Source: a virus
Taxonomy: Duplodnaviria > Caudoviricetes
IMG/VR virus record: IMGVR_UViG_3300031992_000076
Location: 1 to 64,000 of that record
Length of the DNA stretch: 64,000 bases
Strand: one strand, 5' to 3'
Shown: positions 38,290 through 48,434 of the stretch, in pieces
How positions within the stretch are numbered: the stretch's first letter is position 1
Layout of the letters: each line of letters begins with the position of its first letter
Made by a program: the position numbers and the translations under genes
Notes under the pieces: generated by a model
Told to the model about the DNA's origin: nothing
What the model saw: the letters and a program-made list of their open reading frames with translations, nothing else
Databases searched by the model: none

Positions 38290-39273
38290 TTATCTTGAAT
38301 TTCCTTGAGTTTTATTATAACCAAAATTTTTTGCATCATATAAATCTATATAATATTTTTCTTTTTCATCTAATAGGGCGGGAGGCACTTCTTCTAAAAT
38401 CTCCCATGAAAAATTCCATATTCCATATTCTTGCATTGCTTGGTATAGCTTATTTCCTGCAGGAGTATCTATATGTAAACCGCATTTAGCGTGATCTTTC
38501 CAGCGGGAAGCCAGATCTATGGCTTGCCCAATATAACACTCTTTTGTTTTAATATTAGTTATTTTATAAATTCCACTTTTAACAGTAGTGCCTATAACTT
38601 GATTGCAAAGAGTTGTCATAGGAGTTCTAAAAAACGTTTGCCAAATCAACATCCATAAAATTCTAGGTTTAGAAAGCTTTGGAGCAACCGCCTCTAATAC
38701 ACCAATATCTTTAATATCTGATTCTGGAATAGTTAAACAATAGAAAGAAAGCTTTTCTTCTATTTCTTTTTCTCTTGTTTGAGCTTGTATGGCGGCAGTT
38801 CGTGTAGCTTTTATCTGGGTAAGATCTTTTTGAACTCTATCTAATTCTTGCAATAATTCTAACTGTCTATTAGCATATGCAGTTTCTAATGCATCTTTAT
38901 ATTGGTTATATTCTTCTTCACATTCATTATATTGCTTATCAAGGACTTCACAATAATTTTCAAAAGCTTTTTTAGATAATTCCTCTTTTGCTTTTGTAGA
39001 AGAATTAATTGTAGATTGAATTTCTTTCAATCTTTCTTTATCTTTTTCAATAGCATTATTTAAAATAACTTTAGTCATCGATAAACTATCATAATTATTT
39101 TTTAAAGCTATTGTTTCTTCTCTTAATTCTTTATTTTTATTTTCTATTTCTTCATTTTGCTTAATAATACTATTATTAATTTGTTTTGTATGTTTTAAAG
39201 AATAAAGAGAATAAATAAATAATAATATACCAATGATTAATAGTATAATATTTAATATTAGCATATTATACAA
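38290..39273 (-). CDS. N-terminal TM helix plus coiled coil plus C-terminal GIY-YIG nuclease domain, 327 aa
   Basis: LILNIILLIIGILLFIYSLY; SGIYKITN…CYIGQA..L..RW..H; EKEKYYI…GYN. Confidence 0.8.
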   Translation of the reverse strand: MYNMLILNIILLIIGILLFIYSLYSLKHTKQINNSIIKQNEEIENKNKELREETIALKNNYDSLSMTKVILNNAIEKDKERLKEIQSTINSSTKAKEELSKKAFENYCEVLDKQYNECEEEYNQYKDALETAYANRQLELLQELDRVQKDLTQIKATRTAAIQAQTREKEIEEKLSFYCLTIPESDIKDIGVLEAVAPKLSKPRILWMLIWQTFFRTPMTTLCNQVIGTTVKSGIYKITNIKTKECYIGQAIDLASRWKDHAKCGLHIDTPAGNKLYQAMQEYGIWNFSWEILEEVPPALLDEKEKYYIDLYDAKNFGYNKTQGNSR

Positions 39274-39354
39274 CTCCTTTTATATCCAGTTAAAAAATAA
39301 GGAGAGGTATTTCCTCTCCTTACACCAATATTTAATTGTCAAAATAAAAATTTA

Positions 39355-39663
39355 TTACTCAGCCTTAGCTGCAGCCTGCTCAGCCTCATAAGCTGCAACA
39401 ACTGCGTCATGGTCATAAGCCTTACCAGCCTCAGTCAACTTAATAAGCTTGATGGGCTTTGTGGTTCCATCTTCCATCTCGATCTCAGCGGGAACTCTCT
39501 CTACAAGGTTCTTATTTCTAATAAGACCAGCGGTTACAACGCCATCAACTGTTTTCTTCTCCATACCAAGTGCTTCAGCAATATCAGCTGCGGTAAGATT
39601 TGCATCCTCATTAGCCTTAAGATAATCAAGTACTGTTAATGATTTCTCAGATACAGGTTTCAT
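39355..39663 (-). CDS. Small winged-helix DNA-binding protein, 102 aa
   Basis: LTAADIAEALGMEKKTVDGVV…LVER…LIKLTEAG; high-expression-type codon usage. Confidence 0.75.
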   Translation of the reverse strand: MKPVSEKSLTVLDYLKANEDANLTAADIAEALGMEKKTVDGVVTAGLIRNKNLVERVPAEIEMEDGTTKPIKLIKLTEAGKAYDHDAVVAAYEAEQAAAKAE

Positions 39664-39891
39664 AATTTTTTGTTCTCCTTTGTTTCATACAATTTTTTTA
39701 TTATTTTTAAACTACTATTATATAAAAGTAAGTATATAAAATATATCTACCTTTTATACATATATTATAACAAAAATTTTTATATTTTGCAAGTTAATGT
39801 CCGATTCAGTCTAAAATATAAAAATTTTTATTTCCTTTAACTTATATATATATTATACTAAAAATTTTACTTTTTTGCAAGTAGTGGATGA

Positions 39892-41853
39892 TTAATCTCT
39901 CATTAAAAGATACTGTTCTTCGCTAATAATTGGAATACCTAGTTCTTTAGCTTTTTTATTCTTGCTTGAAGTAGAATTAATATCGTTATTAATTAAATAA
40001 TCAGTTTTTGATGATATTGAACTAGCTACTTTCCCGCCGAGAGACTCAATTTCTGCTTTCAATTCATCTCGGTTTTTATAATTTATTACTTTGCCAGTAA
40101 TAACAAAAGTTTTATCTTTAATTGCAGCGGTTAGGGCAACTTCAGACTGAATCTCTGGCTGTATGAAGTCTAATATTCCCGCACATTCATCCGCCTCAGT
40201 ATAATTAAAATTGTTAATTGCTTTACTTATTTCTGGACCAAATCCTTCAAATTCAGTCCAATTTCCGCCAATAGCCGCTTTAAATTCTTCCCAAGTGGGA
40301 TAGTATTTAACGATTTCTTTGGCGACCGCTTTTCCGACGAGAGGAATCCCAATAGCCGATATAAATGATTCAAGCTTTGGGTGTCGCCCCTCCGCATTAA
40401 TGGCATCCAATATTTTATTAACTGAAGCTTTTCCAAATCCTGATTTAGATTCCCACTCAGTTCTATATTGTTCGAGATTATAAATGTCATTAAGTTCATT
40501 AATCCATCCCCAATCTATAAGTTTACTAATAGTAGCTTTAGATATTCCTTTTACATTTAAACCTTTAATACCTAGAAAATGATCTACACGATTCAGGAGT
40601 TTTCCCTCGCAAGACAGATTCCCGCATATTACATTATAAACTCCACTATCACTTTGAACTATTTTTGTAGGTTCGCCACATATAGGACAAGTAGTACAAA
40701 TTCCATTATCTAAAATATGGTCATGGAAAATATCATTCTTATTTGCTCTTGTTATTTGCGGAATAATCATATTCATCTTTGCCACCCAGATTTTTTGATT
40801 TTGTTCTGGATATCTACCTAATGTATCTCTTAATACAGACAAATTATGCAAAGATGCACGCTCTATGATAGTACCATCTATATCAATAGGTTTAAATATA
40901 GCAACTGGAGTAAGAACTCCTGTTCTACCCATAGACCATTCTATATCAAGAAGTTCTGTTTCATAATCCTCATCATAAAATTTGTAAGCTAGTGCTGAAT
41001 TAAAGTGATGCTCAGTTCTTCCACATGATTCACAATATTTTTTACTTTCAAACTTAAATACATAGCCATCAATAGGACAAACACTATAAGGATATTCATT
41101 TCTCATTTCATCCAATATTTTTATTGCATCTTCTATTGTTTCCGCATCTCCAACTCTAGGAACTGTATCAAAACCCCAATCATCGAGTTGCTCCAACCTA
41201 CGAAAATTAAAATCTATATCATTACAACCTTTAATTAAATCCCATGCAATAAATGATAATTTACGAGCTGCGCACTCTTTGCTAGACAGTTGTCTAATAG
41301 AGCCTGCCGCCATATTTCTAGGATTTGCAAAGATATTTTTAAATTCTGTATTAAAAGTATCTAAATCACAAATAATTTCACCATCAACAATAGTGAGTTC
41401 TAGATTAGGAATAGATTTAGGAATATTTGATATTACCATTGCATTATGAGTTACATCCTCTCCCTCAACACCATTACCTCTTGTTGATGCCTGAATTAAA
41501 TTACCATTAGAATAAATTAAACGAGCTGATAATCCGTCAAGTTTAAACATACCAAACCAATCATGTTCTTTAACAAAAGAAGAAACAATATCAATATCTT
41601 TTGTTTTATCAAGGCTTAGCATAGGCGGTTGGTCATGGATTACTTTATCTAATTTTGATTTAACTGTATAACTAATAGACTGAGTTGGCGAATCTGGATA
41701 AATAATTCCAGTTTGCTGCTCAAGATTAATTAACTGAAAATAAAGATTATCCCATTCTTTATCAGAAATCTGCGGGGTTCCTTTATCATATAATTTAGTA
41801 AAGTAATTTAATTTATCTATCAATCCTCTTATATCTTTTGTTGTTTGGTCCAT
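39892..41853 (-). CDS. ligA: NAD-dependent DNA ligase, 653 aa
   Basis: MLSLDK, KLDG adenylation motif, TRGNG..GEDVT, NPRNMAAG, DGYVFK, GRTGVLTP, Zn finger, HhH and BRCT. Confidence 0.95.
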   Translation of the reverse strand: MDQTTKDIRGLIDKLNYFTKLYDKGTPQISDKEWDNLYFQLINLEQQTGIIYPDSPTQSISYTVKSKLDKVIHDQPPMLSLDKTKDIDIVSSFVKEHDWFGMFKLDGLSARLIYSNGNLIQASTRGNGVEGEDVTHNAMVISNIPKSIPNLELTIVDGEIICDLDTFNTEFKNIFANPRNMAAGSIRQLSSKECAARKLSFIAWDLIKGCNDIDFNFRRLEQLDDWGFDTVPRVGDAETIEDAIKILDEMRNEYPYSVCPIDGYVFKFESKKYCESCGRTEHHFNSALAYKFYDEDYETELLDIEWSMGRTGVLTPVAIFKPIDIDGTIIERASLHNLSVLRDTLGRYPEQNQKIWVAKMNMIIPQITRANKNDIFHDHILDNGICTTCPICGEPTKIVQSDSGVYNVICGNLSCEGKLLNRVDHFLGIKGLNVKGISKATISKLIDWGWINELNDIYNLEQYRTEWESKSGFGKASVNKILDAINAEGRHPKLESFISAIGIPLVGKAVAKEIVKYYPTWEEFKAAIGGNWTEFEGFGPEISKAINNFNYTEADECAGILDFIQPEIQSEVALTAAIKDKTFVITGKVINYKNRDELKAEIESLGGKVASSISSKTDYLINNDINSTSSKNKKAKELGIPIISEEQYLLMRD

Positions 41854-42013
41854 TTAACATTTCCTCTTTTATTATATAATAATTATATCATAATTTTTTT
41901 AAAATGTCAATAGATAAAATTAAAAGGCTAGATTTATTTTATCTAACCTTTTAATTTTTAACTCTCTTTAAAAATTATATTAAAAATTTTTGAGTTTGTC
42001 AAGGGTATTCCTT

Positions 42014-44368
42014 TTAAAGTTTAGTTATTGAATTAACTAAATTATTTTTAACAATAATACTTCCTTGTGAAGGTTTTGTTTGAAGTGGAACATCTTTTGC
42101 GGAAATGCATATAGATGATTTAGTTCCACTTACAAGAATATTATCTTCATCAGATAACATTGCAGCACCAACAATCCTTACTCCAGGATCAAGTTTATAA
42201 CAAGTAGTACCTTTGCCGCCTCTTCCCTGAAGCGGGAAGTCTGCTAAATTAAGTTTTTTACCCATTCCCCCAGAAGTGAATAACCCTACTGTATCAGTAT
42301 CTTTATGTACTGGAAGCGCAGTTACTACTTCATCATTATCATTAAGTTTAATTCCAACTACACCTGTCGCAGTTCTACCAATGGCTCCAATTTCTTTTGT
42401 TCCAAATTTAATACTCATACCATTTTTAGTAATGATAATTATATCTTCATCATCTTGAAATGACACCTTAGCTACTGAATCCCCATCTTTAAGCTTTAGA
42501 GCAGCAATTCCTGCATTTTTCTTTGCACCAAGATATTCACTTAAGAAACTCTTTTTAATAATACCTTGTTTAGTTATAAAAATTGCAAATTGAGGAAGCT
42601 TTTGTCTATGAAGTGAAGTAACGGCAATTACTTTTTCATTAGACTCAAGTTTTACTAAACTATTGATTGGTACTCCTTTTGTTGTATTAGTTCCATCAGG
42701 AATATTATCGACAATAGTTCGATACATCTTCCCCGTTTGAGTAAAGAACATCATATAATCAACTGTATTTGTCTTAATAGCTGACATAATTGCATCATCA
42801 GTTGATTTAACACCAATTCCGCCACGTTTCTGCACTTTAAAATTAGATACAGGGACTTTTTTAATTAATCCAGATTCTGTTGTAACTACTACTACATCAA
42901 TAGGAACAACTTCAGCAATTTCTTTTTCCTCTGGTTTAATATCAATTTGAGTTAATTCAGTTTTTCTTCCTTCTTTACCATATTTTTTTACAAAAGAATT
43001 AAATCTATTAAGATAAATTTCTTTTTGTTTATCAATATTTTTAATTATTTCTTCACATTTTGCTATTGTTGAAGTTAGTTCTGTTTTTTCTTCATTAAGT
43101 TCAATCTTCTCCAAATGAGCTAATCGACCTAATTTCATATCTACGATAGCTTTAGCTTGTCGTTCTGTAAAATTATATTTTTTAATAAGATTTTGGCAAG
43201 CGGTAGCGGCACTTTCACTAGCCTTAATTAAAGCAATAATATTATCAATATTCTCTAATGCTTTTATAAGACCTTCTACAATTTCAAGTCTATCTTTTGC
43301 TTTTGCTAAATCAAATTCATGTTCTCTTTTAATGCAATCATAATTATGCTGAAGGTAAATATCGAGATATTGTTTAAGATTTAATAACTCAGGTGTTTTA
43401 CCTACAAGAGCATACTGATTAGCAGAATATGATTTTTGAAAACTTGTTTTTCTGTATAACTGAGTAAGAACTGATGCTGGACTTTCATCACATTCAATTT
43501 CAATTAAAAGTTTTTTCTTATCACTTTTATTTAAAATATTTGAGATGCCATTTAATTCATCTTTTTCAATCAATTCTTTTATTTGAGCAATAAAAGGTTC
43601 AACATAAACCTGATAAGGAATTTCTGTTATCAGAATATTTTTTCCTTTTATTTCAGCTCTGCCTCTTAAAATAACTTTTCCCTTACCTGTTTTATAGATT
43701 GCGGGAAGGTCATTTTTATTAATAATAATTCCGCCAGAAGGAAAACTAGGGGCGATATCTGAATAGTCAATCTCTCCAGTAGTAAGATAATTATTAATAA
43801 TTCTAGCTACATCAGAAAGACTATGGGTTAACCAAACATTTGCAATAGTTGAGCCAATACCTTGACAACCATTTACCATAAGTCTAGGAAGTAATGCAGG
43901 AAATACCTGGGGCCATTCATCATCTTCACTAAAGTTTTTAATCATAGGAACATTATGTTTTTTAATTCCTTCTAACATCCCTTCTTCAGTAACTTTAGCA
44001 AGGCGGGCTTCGGTATATCTACTTGCTGCAGGCTCCCCGCTAATTTGAATAGAACCATTGGCACCATGCCAATCTACTTCAGGAATATTATTAATCCAAG
44101 GCTGAGACATTCTAGCAAATGTTTCATAAATGGCAGTATCACCATGCGGCCACCAACTTGCTATAACTCCACCAGAGATTTTTGCAGATTTTACATGGGG
44201 TTTATTACTTAAATAACCTTTTGTAAACATTTCCCAAAGACAGGCTCTTTGACCTGGTTTTAAACCATCTCGTGCATCCGCAAATGCTCGCTGACAGTTG
44301 GCTTCAAAACTAAAATCAAGAAAGTTTTGACCTAATTCTTTTGTTATATCCATATTAGTCACAATCAT
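42014..44368 (-). CDS. gyrA: DNA gyrase subunit A (type IIA topoisomerase) with beta-pinwheel CTD; likely start MIVTN at 44368
   Basis: DGLKPGQR, PHGD, AASRYTEARL (catalytic Tyr), QKRGGIG GyrA-box. Confidence 0.92.
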   Translation of the reverse strand: MIVTNMDITKELGQNFLDFSFEANCQRAFADARDGLKPGQRACLWEMFTKGYLSNKPHVKSAKISGGVIASWWPHGDTAIYETFARMSQPWINNIPEVDWHGANGSIQISGEPAASRYTEARLAKVTEEGMLEGIKKHNVPMIKNFSEDDEWPQVFPALLPRLMVNGCQGIGSTIANVWLTHSLSDVARIINNYLTTGEIDYSDIAPSFPSGGIIINKNDLPAIYKTGKGKVILRGRAEIKGKNILITEIPYQVYVEPFIAQIKELIEKDELNGISNILNKSDKKKLLIEIECDESPASVLTQLYRKTSFQKSYSANQYALVGKTPELLNLKQYLDIYLQHNYDCIKREHEFDLAKAKDRLEIVEGLIKALENIDNIIALIKASESAATACQNLIKKYNFTERQAKAIVDMKLGRLAHLEKIELNEEKTELTSTIAKCEEIIKNIDKQKEIYLNRFNSFVKKYGKEGRKTELTQIDIKPEEKEIAEVVPIDVVVVTTESGLIKKVPVSNFKVQKRGGIGVKSTDDAIMSAIKTNTVDYMMFFTQTGKMYRTIVDNIPDGTNTTKGVPINSLVKLESNEKVIAVTSLHRQKLPQFAIFITKQGIIKKSFLSEYLGAKKNAGIAALKLKDGDSVAKVSFQDDEDIIIITKNGMSIKFGTKEIGAIGRTATGVVGIKLNDNDEVVTALPVHKDTDTVGLFTSGGMGKKLNLADFPLQGRGGKGTTCYKLDPGVRIVGAAMLSDEDNILVSGTKSSICISAKDVPLQTKPSQGSIIVKNNLVNSITKL

Positions 44369-46265
44369 TTGCCTCCTCTGCATGTTGTAATAAGTAAGCT
44401 CGTCTAGGCGGTACACTAGGTCCAAGCAAAGTTTCAATTAATACAGCAGCTTGCTTTTCATCTTCTACTGTTAACTGAGCAATGTTTCTTGTGGCGGGAT
44501 CGAGCAATGCTTCATTAAGCTCGTCTGAATCCTGTTCACCAAGACCCTTATTTCTATTAACCTGGAATTTTTCTCCTTGATGCTGTGTTTTATATTCATC
44601 GAGTGCAGTTGCATCTTTTAAATAAATATATTCATTTTTCTTTGTTGTAATTCTAAACAAAGGTGGCATAGTTGTATATATATGTCCATTGAGAATTAAC
44701 TCTGGACACAACCACCAAAACATTTCAATTAAAAGGTTTCTAATACTGGCTCCATCGGGGTCAGCATCTGCGCAAAGAAGAATTTTTCCATACCTAAGTT
44801 TTTTTGTATCATAAATAAGTTTTTTTGTTACTGGATTTAATTCTAGTCCAATTGCTTTAATAAGATTTACAACTTCTTGATTAGCAAAGATTTTTTCACT
44901 TGAATTTTTATATGCAGCAATAATTTTTCCTCGGATTGGAAATACTGCATGAATTTCTGAATCTCTTGCTTCTACAAGTCCAGAAGCCGCTGAATCACCT
45001 TCCGCGATTAAAAGCTCACATTTAGCTCTATCTTTGCCCCAACAATCAACAAGTTTTGTAGGCATATTAAGAAGCTGTTTCTTTTTATCTTTTGGTTTAA
45101 CTTCACGAGCTGCATCTCTAGCTTTCTTAGCTGCTTCTCTAGCTTTACGAGCGGAAATCGCCTTATCAAAGATTATCTTAATATCTTTCTCATTATAACT
45201 CAACCAAGTCTGGATATTTTCAGCTAATACTCCAGTGAATGGTGTCATATCAAGTTTGACTATACGACTTTTTGTCTGGGCATCGTATGATATACCAGGA
45301 GCTGTAATATTAAATGCAACTAGCATTCCCTCCTGTATATCCGATCCCTCGAGATTACTATCTTTGTCTTTAAGCCAGCCTTTTTCTTTAAAAAATTTAT
45401 TAAATTCTCTAGTTATAAGAGATTTAATCTGAGTTATATGAGGTCCACTATCTGTTTCACCTGTGTTAACATAACTAATCATATTAAGTGAATAGTTAGT
45501 TGTATATGTCAATACAAAGTCAAGTTTATTTTTACCTTCCGCAAAGTTAATATTTAATCTATTATTAATTATTTCATTATCTTTTGCAATATCATTAACA
45601 AGATCGTTCAATCCATTCTCTGAATAATAAGTAATTTTATCTTTTTCATTATGGGTTAAATTAATTGTTAATCCTTTACAAAGACAAGTTAATACATGAA
45701 ATAATTTCTTAATTCTATCTACATCAATCTGTGGATGATTAAAAAACTGCGGATCTGGAGTCCAATCTACAATAGTGCCAGTATGAGCCTCTCCCTGTTT
45801 TCCTACATCTCTTCTATTGAAAATACCATCAATAAAAAGAACACGTTCTATCTGTCCATCTCTATAAGTATTTACTACAAGTCTTTTAGATAAGAAATTT
45901 GTTAACTTAGAACCAATACCATTAAGACCTAATGCAGTTCCTTCATAAACTCCATCATCTGTAAATTTACCTGAAGTATTTAATACATCAAAAGAAGCTT
46001 GAAGAACAGTTTCTCCATCTTCACGTATAACATTAACAGGAAATCCCTGTGCAAAATCTTCTACTCTGCATGAACCATCATCTTGATAATCTACGTTAAT
46101 TATATTTCCATGTCCTACACTCCACTCATCTATTGCATTAGATACAATTTCTATCAATAATTGAGTACTATACTCAGTGCTACCCGCGTAGACTCCAGGC
46201 CTAAGTCTAGTAAAGTCACGAGGTGAGAGTGACTGTATGGAATCTTCATTATATAATTTTCCCAT
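44355..46265 (-). CDS. gyrB: DNA gyrase subunit B; likely start MGKLY at 46265
   Basis: EIVSNAIDE, GLNGIG, EGDSAAS, PIRGK, ADADPDG, NKGLGE. Confidence 0.92.
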   Translation of the reverse strand: MGKLYNEDSIQSLSPRDFTRLRPGVYAGSTEYSTQLLIEIVSNAIDEWSVGHGNIINVDYQDDGSCRVEDFAQGFPVNVIREDGETVLQASFDVLNTSGKFTDDGVYEGTALGLNGIGSKLTNFLSKRLVVNTYRDGQIERVLFIDGIFNRRDVGKQGEAHTGTIVDWTPDPQFFNHPQIDVDRIKKLFHVLTCLCKGLTINLTHNEKDKITYYSENGLNDLVNDIAKDNEIINNRLNINFAEGKNKLDFVLTYTTNYSLNMISYVNTGETDSGPHITQIKSLITREFNKFFKEKGWLKDKDSNLEGSDIQEGMLVAFNITAPGISYDAQTKSRIVKLDMTPFTGVLAENIQTWLSYNEKDIKIIFDKAISARKAREAAKKARDAAREVKPKDKKKQLLNMPTKLVDCWGKDRAKCELLIAEGDSAASGLVEARDSEIHAVFPIRGKIIAAYKNSSEKIFANQEVVNLIKAIGLELNPVTKKLIYDTKKLRYGKILLCADADPDGASIRNLLIEMFWWLCPELILNGHIYTTMPPLFRITTKKNEYIYLKDATALDEYKTQHQGEKFQVNRNKGLGEQDSDELNEALLDPATRNIAQLTVEDEKQAAVLIETLLGPSVPPRRAYLLQHAEEANDCD

Positions 46266-46446
46266 ATTTTTTTCCTTTCTTTTCATTCTTATATATATTA
46301 TAACATAAAATTTTTAAAAAGTCAACATTTATCCTTCTGTAACTAAGCTCTTTTGAATTCTATTGCCATTATTTTAAATTACATAGTATTTTTTACATAT
46401 AATTAATAAAAATGGGCATAAAAAAAAGAGTGGATAAAAATCCACT

Positions 46447-47901
46447 CTAAATTTTTATAGTATATTCTAAGCAAATATATCCTACACCAGATTTAAGCTT
46501 TCCCCATCCATTTTCCTCTCCAACAATAGTATAAACAGATGGTTTATGCACAGTTGTTACTACAGGATAATTAGTTCCAGGTCCCTTTCTTACATTTAAT
46601 GTTTCTGTATTAATTCTTACCAAATATGGAGTAAATATATTTGAATTTGACTCAATTCTTACATAACTTGGATCAGCCAAATAAATCCAGCCCGCTCCAG
46701 ATTTTAGCCTTCCCCAATCTCCAGAAACCTCAACAATAGTAAAGATACCTTTACCTGTGTATTTACCTGTTACAGCTCCATTAGGAGAGGTTCTAATATT
46801 TAAATTATCTATTAATACATCTACTAAGAAAGGCGGATTTGGATATGAAGCGGCGGGTGCTGGTGTCGGAGTAGGAATGACAGGATTCGGAGATCCCCCT
46901 AGCCGCTTATTAACTTCATTTTCAATATATTTAAATTTGCTTTTTAAATATGGTCCTGGACATGCTGTAGCTTGAAACATGCAATGCATAGTCAAATTGC
47001 CTGTTTTATCTCCTGTATAATTAAGTTGTTTAATTCCATTTCTTTTACATATATCTACGCAAAGATTGATTAATGATTCTAAAGCTTTGTCTGAAACATG
47101 CCAGTCAGGAGCTCCGCCATCATTAGCGACTTCTATTGTTACTGCAACGTAGTCATTATCAGCATTTCCAGAAGTCCATGCTCTATTTTTTTCTTCCACA
47201 TATAATCCAATTCGTCCATCGGTTCCTATCCCATAATTACTAGATCCTTTTCTATTAGGATTAGCAAAAATTTCTCCACATCTTTCTATTGTAATATTCC
47301 CTGCCATATGATGTGGTGTTATTTTAAGGATTTTTGTTCCTCTATTAGAACGAGGATTATAATTAGGACTTAAATTTGTATAGCAAATTAAAGAACTATT
47401 TGTAAAACCAGTTGGTTGAACTGGTTCTGGATTTAACATTGCATCATATTTAGTTAAATTCCATTTATCTACCACTGCCATTATATTATCAACATAATTA
47501 ATTGAACTAGCATATCCAGCATTTTTTAAAGCTTGTAGATAATCTCTAGGATTAGTTGCTGTTTTTGCAGTGGTATACCTAGAAATATTAATAAATTGAT
47601 AATAGCCTTCGACTCCAGCGTCCATATTAGGAAAACTATACCAAATAAAAGTTTTTTCTATATAAGAACCATCTGGAAGTTGTTCCTTGCTTTTACTTTC
47701 AAAAGTTCCATTACTAGTAGTAACTCTATTTGGTCTATATTTAAGACCATAATAGTTATTATGTTGTGCTTTATCAGATGTTCCATAGGCAGATTCTAAG
47801 CAAGCTTGACCGATTGCCGCAGAAACTATGTTATATCCATATTTTTTTGCATATTTAATATGCAAAGGAGCTATTTTATCTATAAACTCTTGATTAGTCA
47901 A
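46447..47901 (-). CDS. Modular endolysin: GH73 glucosaminidase-like plus Amidase_2 plus two SH3b domains, 484 aa
   Basis: LESAYG…NNYYGLK…GYAS; ITPHHMAG…SSNYGIG…IEVAND…H…TACPG; 'LNIRTSP…WGRLKSGAGWI' and 'LNVRKGPG…WGKLKSGVGYI'. Confidence 0.9.
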   Translation of the reverse strand: MTNQEFIDKIAPLHIKYAKKYGYNIVSAAIGQACLESAYGTSDKAQHNNYYGLKYRPNRVTTSNGTFESKSKEQLPDGSYIEKTFIWYSFPNMDAGVEGYYQFINISRYTTAKTATNPRDYLQALKNAGYASSINYVDNIMAVVDKWNLTKYDAMLNPEPVQPTGFTNSSLICYTNLSPNYNPRSNRGTKILKITPHHMAGNITIERCGEIFANPNRKGSSNYGIGTDGRIGLYVEEKNRAWTSGNADNDYVAVTIEVANDGGAPDWHVSDKALESLINLCVDICKRNGIKQLNYTGDKTGNLTMHCMFQATACPGPYLKSKFKYIENEVNKRLGGSPNPVIPTPTPAPAASYPNPPFLVDVLIDNLNIRTSPNGAVTGKYTGKGIFTIVEVSGDWGRLKSGAGWIYLADPSYVRIESNSNIFTPYLVRINTETLNVRKGPGTNYPVVTTVHKPSVYTIVGEENGWGKLKSGVGYICLEYTIKI

Positions 47902-47916
47902 TTATATTCCTCCTTT

Positions 47917-48372
47917 TTATCCAACTCCATTATCATTAGATTTATTTTGGATTCCAGTCATAGCTAAATCATAGATAATGCCACCTTCAGTATTTTCAGC
48001 TTTAGATTTATTAGAATACACACCATAGCTGATAGTTTGACCTATAATAATTCCAATTAAAGCAACTAAAGGAGATAAATCAGGAGGTACACCTAATGAA
48101 AAAGCTAATTTAAAAGAACTATATGTTACCCAGCCGACTCCAAGTTCTAAAATGACTGAATTAATAAATAAAAATATTAAGAACTTTTTTGCTGATGGTA
48201 ATTTATTTTCTTTCCTTTTATTTCTTATTTCAGTTCGCTCTTTTTCTATTTTAGCTTCTCTTTCTAAAATAACTTTTTCTGCTTCCCATTGTTTTAGTTT
48301 TACTTTAGAAATTTGATTTTTTTGAGCTAAACTTTTTTGTCCAAAAAGGAGTTTCAATATTTTAAAAGTCAT
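47917..48372 (-). CDS. Putative holin, 151 aa
   Basis: Basic N-terminus, two TM helices, 'KSKAENT.GGI.YD' end; directly upstream of the endolysin. Confidence 0.6.
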   Translation of the reverse strand: MTFKILKLLFGQKSLAQKNQISKVKLKQWEAEKVILEREAKIEKERTEIRNKRKENKLPSAKKFLIFLFINSVILELGVGWVTYSSFKLAFSLGVPPDLSPLVALIGIIIGQTISYGVYSNKSKAENTEGGIIYDLAMTGIQNKSNDNGVG

Positions 48373-48434
48373 ATTTATTTCTCATCTCCTTCCAATAAAA
48401 AAAGACTCAAGGTTAGAACCTTGAGTCTTAATTT

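Noticed and set aside
21506-46265. Inteins in DnaE, DnaB, LigA or gyrase
   Set aside because: Protein lengths and motif spacing are normal, with no LAGLIDADG or HN/C splice motifs seen.
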